From Synergistaceae bacterium UBA5827 (lineage in GTDB: Bacteria > Synergistota > Synergistia > Synergistales > 79-D21), in contig DJHE01000027.1 in assembly GCA_002432945.1 (NCBI GenBank), positions 1-39,359 of the forward strand: 39,359 nucleotides of DNA. The letters are read 5' to 3'. Positions 26,259 through 34,354 of this stretch are shown piece by piece (the stretch's first letter is position 1; each line of letters starts with the position of its first letter). A program made the translations under genes and the position numbers. Under the pieces are notes generated by a model. The model was given only the letters and a program-made list of their open reading frames with translations, had not been told where the DNA came from and did no database searches.

Positions 26259-26287
26259 CTTATACTCTACTAGTAGTTTTGAGTCAA
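26259..26287 (-). promoter_or_regulatory. Sigma70-type promoter with palindromic spacer
   Basis: Minus strand TTGACT-17 bp-TATAAG; spacer contains CTACTAGTAG palindrome (26267-26276). Confidence 0.65.
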
Positions 26288-26321
26288 GAATAAAGCCTCT
26301 TAAAAGGCCTTATTCTTTCAG

Positions 26322-27968
26322 TTACCTGTAATCGTCGTCGTAGACCGCTCCGCTGGGACCTTCCCACACGGGTGGCAAGGGCGGCGTCTGGTCCGGGCAA
26401 TCTTTGGGAAGGACATATTTTGCCAGTTCAGGCCTCGGGATAGTCAAGCCGTAAGCCACCGCCAGGCGGGGAAAATCCTTTGGAGCCCCATCGAAATCGG
26501 AAGGAGCTGTCAAGGGAGTCACCTCGTAAGGTCCCCATCCATCGCAATGCCAACATCGTCCGAATATTTCCCCGACATAGGGGACCTTGCTTCCCCCACC
26601 ACACACGAACACCTTGACGTTGTTCTTATACCACTGGCTTTCTTTTCTTCTCTTCTTGAACGCTTTTCCCCAGGCCGGATAACGGGCTTCTTCCCATATT
26701 TTATGCAGTTCATCTTTCACGATCGTCTGAATTTCCGGCCCCGTCGCTGTAAGGCTCTCCATGACCTTTTGCAGCTCGGAAAAATCCAGGTCTCGGCCAT
26801 TTCTCCGGTTCCACGTGGCAACTTTGTCTTCAATCTTCGCCATGCCGCCGGGGAAAGTGACCGCGTTGTACCAGTAGGCGCATTTGTCTTCTTCCTCATC
26901 CTCGCAGAGGTTGAAAATCGAGAAATCCGTGGTTCCGGCCCCGAAGTCGATCACACCGTGGATCTTGGTTTCCGCGGCAAGAGAATTCACGTAACAAGCC
27001 ATCTGTGCAACCGCCTCCGGGACGAGGTGGATTCTCGATTCACTCGTTTCGGAATCCGGAGTCCTTTCCCATATCGAGGCCGCGCTTTCGAGCAGCTCGA
27101 TCGCCCTTTGCCCACCCCAATTCTCTTCTATGGCTTCCGCCACGTTAACTGCCTTCTGGAACCCTGCTCGCACTTCTTTCATCTGGTACGTGTCGATCGG
27201 AATGCAAACGTTGAAGTTAACCAACTGCTCATGGTCGAAAGTTCGCCCAAGTTGTTGCTTGATTTTCCTGATGAGGTAAGCAAGAAACGCTGCTACCATG
27301 TACCCGGGCTTCAATAAAGCCTGGTCGACCTGCTGGTTTTCACAATACCGGTCGAAATAGGCTTTCATGTGTTTATCCAGGAAAACGGGGTTGATGTCTC
27401 CGGCGAAGAGAATTTTCAGGTACCTAGCGCCCTCGTACCAGGGTTTGCCCCTGAGGAAACGGTCGGCTTCGTCCCCGAAAAGAATCCTTCCACCGTCAAA
27501 AGCGACAAGCGATGGAACTGCGTAGGGCATTTTCGGACTCGACCCCAGGTTCAGGGGCAGCACCTTACCCGCACCGCCGAGGACCCGATAGGCTAACTTG
27601 GTGTAACTCGTTCCGAAATCGATCCCCACCCAGATCTTGATTCTTTTGGATGGTAGGGGGGTGATCTTGCCCCGTCTCTCGGTTGATTTATCGGTTTCTT
27701 TGAACCTTGGATTTACAATCGTCTCCGCGATCTTCCTGTCTGTTTCTTCCGGAGACAGGAAAATATCCTCCTCAAGGTTCTCTTTCCCCGGTGACGGCTT
27801 TACCGCAAAAAGCCCAGGGACAGGAGGGGAAAGCCTTGCAGGAGCAACAGGCGGGAAAGTGACGGACTCGGTAACAGGCGTTTCTGCCCTTCCCCACTTG
27901 TCCTCTTTCTGGCTTTCCCCGGCTTCATTCTTCTGGAACAGGGACTTGAACCATTCAGTAAAACCCAT
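26322..27968 (-). CDS. Hsp70/actin-like ATPase-fold protein (NBD only)
   Basis: VGIDFGTSYTK (phosphate 1), VPEAVA, IDFGAGTTDFS (phosphate 2), VCGGGSK (adenosine); no Hsp70 substrate-binding domain. Confidence 0.82.
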   Translation of the reverse strand: MGFTEWFKSLFQKNEAGESQKEDKWGRAETPVTESVTFPPVAPARLSPPVPGLFAVKPSPGKENLEEDIFLSPEETDRKIAETIVNPRFKETDKSTERRGKITPLPSKRIKIWVGIDFGTSYTKLAYRVLGGAGKVLPLNLGSSPKMPYAVPSLVAFDGGRILFGDEADRFLRGKPWYEGARYLKILFAGDINPVFLDKHMKAYFDRYCENQQVDQALLKPGYMVAAFLAYLIRKIKQQLGRTFDHEQLVNFNVCIPIDTYQMKEVRAGFQKAVNVAEAIEENWGGQRAIELLESAASIWERTPDSETSESRIHLVPEAVAQMACYVNSLAAETKIHGVIDFGAGTTDFSIFNLCEDEEEDKCAYWYNAVTFPGGMAKIEDKVATWNRRNGRDLDFSELQKVMESLTATGPEIQTIVKDELHKIWEEARYPAWGKAFKKRRKESQWYKNNVKVFVCGGGSKVPYVGEIFGRCWHCDGWGPYEVTPLTAPSDFDGAPKDFPRLAVAYGLTIPRPELAKYVLPKDCPDQTPPLPPVWEGPSGAVYDDDYR

Positions 27969-27990
27969 GATCCCACTCTCCTCACCGGAA

Positions 27991-30900
27991 TCAGTTATTC
28001 CTAATCTCCAAACATCCGGCACAAAGGATCCCATGTTCGACTTTCAGTTTTCTCCTAGCCTCAAGTTCCTCTACTTTTACTTTTTTTTCAGCTTCAAGGT
28101 TTCTAATCTCACCCTCTAGCATCCGAACAATCCTTTGTTCAACGACCGGTCTCTGGAGTTGGTTTTGCAATTTTTCTTTCCTTTGACTCAAGGTTCGGTC
28201 GTATGAGGAAACCAGCGTTTGAATCCGCCTATCTATGAAAACGTTATTGGCAATACTCAGCCTTTCTTTTATCTTCGCACCTCTGACCTGCATCAAACTT
28301 TCTGCCTTGTCCACAGCGTTTTGCATATCCTCTTCCTCGAAAGTGGGAGGTGGGGTAATCGAGCTTTTCCCCTTTTCCAACATTTCTCCGAAAAGGAATT
28401 CCGCATGTTCTTGATCACAGGCTTCATCCAGATACTTGTTCAGGACAACTGTCTGGAGCAAATGTTCTTCCTTGGCGGCTTCAACATCCAGCATGAAGAG
28501 AAAGAAGAAATAGAGCCCTTCGGGAATTTCGCGAGTATGCAAACATACGAAGTGACAGCTGCTAGGGGCTGCTTCTTGTCGATCAAGGAAGCTCACTATC
28601 CCACGCACGAGAGGGTGTAGTAAGTTGATAAACTCCTTTTTCGGATTTTGGAAGGCGATATCCCCATTGAAGGTGATTTCCCTCCATTTCCCATGCGTCA
28701 AGGCAATAGAATTGAAATCTCTCAATAAATCTTCCCTTGCTAGAATTTTAATCAAATCGTCTGCGGGCTGAAGCCGGCCCCATTGTTTTTCTGGGTCATA
28801 GTCGAGCTTCGTCAAAGGAGCATGGTTTTTTAGAAAGTCTTCCACAAGACCCCTTATTTGGTCCGGGGTGATATATAGCCGGTTCTTCTGTATCCTCGCA
28901 ACTTCCTCCTGGAAAAATGCATCCGTACCGATAAAACGAGCGGCGTCCGATTCTATCCTGCTCAATTCAATTTCCTTATTCTGCAATACAAGCAACTTTC
29001 TACCGAGTGCTTCCTGCTCTTCCTCAGGCGTCATTTCTCTGCTGAAAAGTTCATAGGTAAGTTCTTTTGTGATTTCTCCCAGGATGAGCTCAAGTTCCCC
29101 AATGGACCGCTCAAAGATGCCGATCCTTTCGTACAGCCTTTTCAGGATCCTTTCTTCGATCGTGTCCTTGATCCAGAAATGGTAGATGGCGATGAATTCC
29201 GATTCCTGGCCGATGCGGTCCAGTCGGCCGATCCTCTGTTCCACATCCATCGGGTTCCAGGGAAGGTCGTAGTTGAAAAGGATATGGCAGAACTGGAAAT
29301 CCAGTCCTTCGGACCCGACCTTGGAGGACAGAAGAACTTCGATCTCCGGGTCTTCCCTGAAGGCGTTGATCTTTTCTGCCCGATCGTCTCCGGTCACGTC
29401 CCCCGAAATCAGGGCACACCGGATACCGTCAGCGGTTAGGCGGCGCTGGAGGTATGAAAGCGTCCCCTTGAAGAAGGCAAACACGAGGATCTTGGGATTC
29501 GCTTCGGTTTGCCGAATGCTCCTGACCGACTGGATGAAGGCCTCGTATTTCGAGTCCCTGGCGTTATCTGGCCAGATACTCAGGAGTTCCGACAACTTTT
29601 GCCTTGCCACAGCCACGGTTGGAACCTGTTCCTCCCCGTTGCCGTTATTTCCGTTGTCTTCGTCGAGCAACGGATCCAAGTCCTCGAGGCCCTCGCCATT
29701 CTCGAGCAGGATTTCGCCCTCTTCCCGCATTTTCTGCCGATAATGTTCGACCATCGCCGGTATGGACGACGCCAACCGCCGTTGCGGGGTGTTCAAGATC
29801 CATGTTTCGATGAGTGCAGTTTGTCCCTTGCTCGCGGAAATTGCGCGCACGTAATTCGTCACTGCGTCATAAAAAGCCCTTTCGTAATCCGTAAACTCGA
29901 CGAGAACCGGATGGGCCTGCCTCCTGGTGAAGTTTTCGTGAACCTCACGACGCCTTGTCCGGGTGTAAATGTGACTGATTAAGTTCAGGGACGAAAAAGC
30001 CCTTAGGGCTTCGATCTGGGCCCGGTTACGCTCTTTTTCGGGAGTTGCGTTTTCCACTGTCTCCTTCAGTGCAACCAAGGCGCTGCAGGCTTCAAGGTAA
30101 TACGGGTTATTTCGTATGATTTCGTACCGCCCCGCAGATTCCAGGCATTCTCGGGCAGAAGAGAGGTCCGGAGGAACCCTCGACAGGGCATTTTGAGCCT
30201 GAACCACATTCTCATTGACCTTGAACCGGAACTCGGCCCCGTGTATCTCGGGGAATTCCTGACGATCCAATATCTGGAGCAAGTGAAAGAGGTTTTGTAT
30301 TCCTAGCTGAACCGGGGTCGCCGTCAGCATCACCATCGAGGTCGCCCCGGCGGAAAGAGCCCTTCCCACTTGCCACTGCTTCTTTCCCGGGTTTCTCATA
30401 TGATGAGCCTCGTCCACAATGACCATATCGAAATCGGGGGCAGTCTCATGTAATCGTTTAAGCAAACGGCTAGACCGGATCGTTTCAAGGGAAATGATCC
30501 CATTGAACTTGACCCTTTCCGGCGAAGCCTCGTATTGGTCAAGAATCTCCATAAAGTCAGCAACTTTGAAGATATTAAACTCCTCGTCAAAACGTGACTT
30601 CATTTCCCGTTTCCACTTATCTCGAAGCCCCGAAGGACAGACAATTAAAACTCGGCTTGCGGAAAACCGGGCCCGGAACTCAGTCAGGATCAACCCGGCT
30701 TCGATCGTCTTTCCCAAGCCAACTTCATCGCAAATCAGCACTCGGTTTTTCTCGGAATCCAGGAACTTGATCAGAGGTTTGAACTGGTAAGGATAAAAGC
30801 GGGTCCTGGAAGCATTGAAAGCATAAAGAGTGTTCTTGATCGGCTGGTTCTTCGAGAGACGTTTAACGGTAATGATTTTCAGAAATTCTTCAAAACCCGA

Positions 30901-31113
30901 AAATATACTCGCGACAAAATCTTGATAGGCCCCCCTCTCCGGGTTGAAGGGAAGCAGGTCGTCCTCCATGACCGACTTCACCCCATGCGGGTGCGGCCAC
31001 AAAACCTTGTAGTACTGCACGCCCCCCTCAGGAACTAGGACCTTTCGAACCGTGCCATAGCGAGTGGAATCGTTCCTGTCCTGAACATCATCACCGACCT
31101 GGAAACGTGCCAT
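27991..31113 (-). CDS. SNF2/RapA-like SF2 helicase
   Basis: DEVGLGKT, VDEAHH, LTATP, SEGLDFQ, YDLPWNP, EQRIGRLDRIGQ; N-terminal Tudor/SH3-like segment; C-terminal coiled coil. Confidence 0.93.
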   Translation of the reverse strand: MARFQVGDDVQDRNDSTRYGTVRKVLVPEGGVQYYKVLWPHPHGVKSVMEDDLLPFNPERGAYQDFVASIFSGFEEFLKIITVKRLSKNQPIKNTLYAFNASRTRFYPYQFKPLIKFLDSEKNRVLICDEVGLGKTIEAGLILTEFRARFSASRVLIVCPSGLRDKWKREMKSRFDEEFNIFKVADFMEILDQYEASPERVKFNGIISLETIRSSRLLKRLHETAPDFDMVIVDEAHHMRNPGKKQWQVGRALSAGATSMVMLTATPVQLGIQNLFHLLQILDRQEFPEIHGAEFRFKVNENVVQAQNALSRVPPDLSSARECLESAGRYEIIRNNPYYLEACSALVALKETVENATPEKERNRAQIEALRAFSSLNLISHIYTRTRRREVHENFTRRQAHPVLVEFTDYERAFYDAVTNYVRAISASKGQTALIETWILNTPQRRLASSIPAMVEHYRQKMREEGEILLENGEGLEDLDPLLDEDNGNNGNGEEQVPTVAVARQKLSELLSIWPDNARDSKYEAFIQSVRSIRQTEANPKILVFAFFKGTLSYLQRRLTADGIRCALISGDVTGDDRAEKINAFREDPEIEVLLSSKVGSEGLDFQFCHILFNYDLPWNPMDVEQRIGRLDRIGQESEFIAIYHFWIKDTIEERILKRLYERIGIFERSIGELELILGEITKELTYELFSREMTPEEEQEALGRKLLVLQNKEIELSRIESDAARFIGTDAFFQEEVARIQKNRLYITPDQIRGLVEDFLKNHAPLTKLDYDPEKQWGRLQPADDLIKILAREDLLRDFNSIALTHGKWREITFNGDIAFQNPKKEFINLLHPLVRGIVSFLDRQEAAPSSCHFVCLHTREIPEGLYFFFLFMLDVEAAKEEHLLQTVVLNKYLDEACDQEHAEFLFGEMLEKGKSSITPPPTFEEEDMQNAVDKAESLMQVRGAKIKERLSIANNVFIDRRIQTLVSSYDRTLSQRKEKLQNQLQRPVVEQRIVRMLEGEIRNLEAEKKVKVEELEARRKLKVEHGILCAGCLEIRNN

Positions 31114-31207
31114 GATCTCCCTCCTGTTCCTTTCAAGAGAATCGAGATCTTAAGCAATGCCAGAATTTCAGGGATTTTCTCTTACAAGGTCTTCCCCTTA
31201 GGTGGCC

Positions 31208-32164
31208 TCATAGATAATTCTTTTCCAGCATCGGCAGATTTCCGCCAAGACTGGCCATCTGGGCAGCGGCCTCCATTCCTACGAAGGCTACTTGCTTCTG
31301 CTCTGCGAAATCGCCGGCATGGTCCAACCTGGGAACCGCCATTCGGATCGAACAGGATTTCCCGGTCTTGACCACCTGCATGCCTTCCTTCAGCCAGGGT
31401 TCGCACGCCAGGGCAAGATCCTGCAAGCGATCCGCCTTAACAGGAGTCTGCAGGTCGATAGTGCCTTCCTTGAGCTTGTGATATATCCAGAATCCTTTGG
31501 GGAAATCGAAGGGGTGAAACTCGATCCAGGATGCGTCCGCCGGTTTCGAGCCGGGTTCTTTCATCCGCAGGTCCGGGAATCTCGCTGTGACGCCTTCCCA
31601 GTAATTGCGCCAGAAAAGGGTCACCTTGTCGTCCTGTTTCGGGGAATAGCCTCGACGGTTCTGATCGATGGCATGCTTGAGGAGTTCCTGGCGGAATCTC
31701 GCCCTTTCCGGGAACCCTTTCAAGCTGGCCCCAACCAATTCGGAAAGGGTCTCGTAAGACACCTTCGTTTCGTAAAGCCCCGCATCGGGCGTGTTCCGAA
31801 GGTAGTACTCCGGGGCAAGGATGCAGGTCGTGAAACCCTGCCATAGCCCTTCATCTATTCCCACTTCTCCCCGTTTGCGGTATCGGTTTGCCTGGTCTGG
31901 CTGAGGAATGGCATCGACCTTGTTTTCAATCAATACCGCGTGAAGGGAGCCCTCTGGGTCCGAAAACTCGACGACCAGGTCCGATTCACCAAGAGTCGGG
32001 TGACAGACCGAGTGCCACGCGCCCTTGAACTTCCAATCTTGGCCGGGGGAAAGTCCGACCAAAGAGCGAAATTTCGTCCTGAAATCTTCGTTCGCCCACA
32101 GTTCTTCGAGGATCAGTAAGTCGATATCGCGTTCGAGCACGGCTTCCACAGGCATTAAGTCCAC
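31208..32164 (-). CDS. PD-(D/E)XK nuclease-family protein
   Basis: ERDIDL...GESDLVVEF...VLIENKVDA..QP.QANRY; AAGGAGG RBS before GTG. Confidence 0.8.
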   Translation of the reverse strand: MDLMPVEAVLERDIDLLILEELWANEDFRTKFRSLVGLSPGQDWKFKGAWHSVCHPTLGESDLVVEFSDPEGSLHAVLIENKVDAIPQPDQANRYRKRGEVGIDEGLWQGFTTCILAPEYYLRNTPDAGLYETKVSYETLSELVGASLKGFPERARFRQELLKHAIDQNRRGYSPKQDDKVTLFWRNYWEGVTARFPDLRMKEPGSKPADASWIEFHPFDFPKGFWIYHKLKEGTIDLQTPVKADRLQDLALACEPWLKEGMQVVKTGKSCSIRMAVPRLDHAGDFAEQKQVAFVGMEAAAQMASLGGNLPMLEKNYL

Positions 32165-32286
32165 GATGTTTGATCCTCCTTGGAAGAAAAGTTCTGCTCC
32201 CGCCTCGTTGGCGCCTATGCAAGGGTGGCTGATGATTTACCTCACCAAAAGGGGATATCAAACCTCTAGGGTACAGGTAGAATTTT

Positions 32287-34344
32287 CTATTCCCCTACCT
32301 TCAGGTACGTCACCTCGAAAGCCTTGCAGGGACGGTACTGCTGACCTCGGTTGGCCAGGACGAAGGCGTCGTTCATCTCGTACTGCTGGTAAATGTCCAG
32401 CCCCCGGTCTAGGCTGATCTTCCAGCCCGTATCGGTGACGATATGCCGGGCATGCATGCCACCAGACGTATTGAGCTCCCAGGTGAAGGTAACCCCGGCG
32501 ATGGCGACGTTTTCTTCGATCTTGGCAAAGTTGTCCGCCTGTTTGTCCGGGTACATGCCATCGGGGGTCGTTATAAGGTGAATCTTGACCTCCTCGTCGT
32601 CGCCTTTAAGCCGGATAACCGTCTCGATCAATTCCATGAGATTCCGTATCTGGTAGAAGGCCCGGATGTAGGGGTCGGTGATCGTGATCGACGCCGCTCC
32701 CTTCAGGTACGGCCCGAAAAGGGCATCGAAGGTGACTCCCTTCTGGTTTTCCTGGAAAGCGTAATGCCCTGGTTTCGGTTCCTTTTCGGACACACCCCGC
32801 TCAGTTTTCTTCTCGTTCGCGGTATCGGCCACGGATTCCACAAGTCCCATTTCGTCCGCGCCTGCGGCAGGTTTTCTTTGGAAATACTGGGGATACTGCT
32901 GTTCCTCCAGAGTGAAAAGGTGCTGGGTCTTTCCCGATTTCAGGTCCTTGTAGCCGAAATCGACCGCAGCGTAAGTCGTATCGATCCGCATCAGCTGGTC
33001 CTTGACGCGTTTCCGCCCCTCCATGCTGAACCGGAAGATCTCCTCTATTTCTTCCCTCGATGCCTCCTGGTGGGGAAAAAGGATTTTCATCAGCCCGGAG
33101 AACGTCTTCTGCACGCCGTCCCGGTCCCGGGTGGAAATCTCCTTGAGCAGTTCGAAGTCCTCGTTGTAAAGGTGGGAGTAATCCCGGTTCCGCAGGTCCC
33201 TCATGATCTCGGCCAGGTAATCCACCACGAAACCGTACCCTTCCGAGAACATCTCCCCGCGGATGATGTCGACTTCCCAGCCGGGCAGGTAGAAATGCAG
33301 CCGGTCCAGGAAGGCCGAGTCGTGGTACTTGGCGGGCAGATCGTCGAAAAGGTCGGCATGCTTGAGCATGTAGGGAAGGTTGTGCTGCGTGTTGCCCACG
33401 AAGACCATGGAGGCCTCGGCCCCTATAGTTTCGACCCCGCGGGAGAAGGTCTTGTTGGCCATGTAGTTCTTGAGGATGTCGACGAGGGCCTTGTCGCTGG
33501 TCTTGTCCTTGCCGGCGAACTCGTCGAAAGCCACCGCGTCCCAGTAGCCCACCAGCCCAAGTTTCCCGTTCGAGTTGTTGACGAAAAGCTTCGGAACGGT
33601 GACTTCGCCGCCCGAAATCAGGATCCCGTGGGGGGAAAACTCCGAATAGATATGGGACTTGCCCGTGCCCTTCGGCCCGAGCTCAATGAGGTTGTAATTC
33701 CTTTCGCAATAGGGGATGAGTCGAACGAGCTGGAACAGCTTGCTCCTTTTCCCGAAAAGCTCCGGGTTGAACCCGATGCTCTGGACGAGCAGGTCGATCC
33801 ATTCGTCCGTGGTGAACTGTTTCCGGGCCGCAACGTACCGGTCGAAATCGAAGCTCGAAAGCTGGATGGGCTTGAGCATCCCCAGGATCCAGGGGCAAAT
33901 CTTGATATCCTCCGAGTATTCGTATTCCAGGTCGGCGATGCACCAGACCCCGCTCACGAGAAGGCGGGGGTGCCGCTTGACCGTGTCCGTGTCGACCAGG
34001 ACTTCCTTGATCCCTAGGTTGGCGAACTGGGCCTCGTAAACACCCCGCTTGTCGTTCAGGGACACCGAAACCTTGTCGATGACCTTGTGGCGCCCCTTCT
34101 CCTTGATCGTCGACTTGACGAGCCCCGCCTCGTTCCGGTGAACGTAGTGCTTCCTGAGGATCTCCTTGACCGTTTCGATGCCCGACTCGATGCTCTTTTC
34201 GTCCTGGGTGGCGCAATACTGCCCCAGCAGGTATTCCAGGACGTAGGAGGGAACGATGGCGTTTCCCTTGACCGTCTTCACCAGGTCCTTGCGGACCACC
34301 AGTCCCTCGAAATGCTCATTGATTTTCCGGTCCAGGTCGTTCAT
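32287..34344 (-). CDS. brxL: BREX BrxL-family AAA+ protein with C-terminal MIT_C/PLD-like domain
   Basis: VPSYVLEYLLGQYC, ELGPKGTGKSH Walker A, AFDE, AFLDRLH; directly after pglZ. Confidence 0.9.
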   Translation of the reverse strand: MNDLDRKINEHFEGLVVRKDLVKTVKGNAIVPSYVLEYLLGQYCATQDEKSIESGIETVKEILRKHYVHRNEAGLVKSTIKEKGRHKVIDKVSVSLNDKRGVYEAQFANLGIKEVLVDTDTVKRHPRLLVSGVWCIADLEYEYSEDIKICPWILGMLKPIQLSSFDFDRYVAARKQFTTDEWIDLLVQSIGFNPELFGKRSKLFQLVRLIPYCERNYNLIELGPKGTGKSHIYSEFSPHGILISGGEVTVPKLFVNNSNGKLGLVGYWDAVAFDEFAGKDKTSDKALVDILKNYMANKTFSRGVETIGAEASMVFVGNTQHNLPYMLKHADLFDDLPAKYHDSAFLDRLHFYLPGWEVDIIRGEMFSEGYGFVVDYLAEIMRDLRNRDYSHLYNEDFELLKEISTRDRDGVQKTFSGLMKILFPHQEASREEIEEIFRFSMEGRKRVKDQLMRIDTTYAAVDFGYKDLKSGKTQHLFTLEEQQYPQYFQRKPAAGADEMGLVESVADTANEKKTERGVSEKEPKPGHYAFQENQKGVTFDALFGPYLKGAASITITDPYIRAFYQIRNLMELIETVIRLKGDDEEVKIHLITTPDGMYPDKQADNFAKIEENVAIAGVTFTWELNTSGGMHARHIVTDTGWKISLDRGLDIYQQYEMNDAFVLANRGQQYRPCKAFEVTYLKVGE

Positions 34345-34354
34345 GATCCCCCTC

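Noticed and set aside
27991-31113. Calling the SNF2 helicase BrxHII, DrmD or ZorD
   Set aside because: The BREX here has type 1 order (pglX-pglZ-brxL) and DISARM/Zorya partner genes are not in the window; an HMM search is needed.
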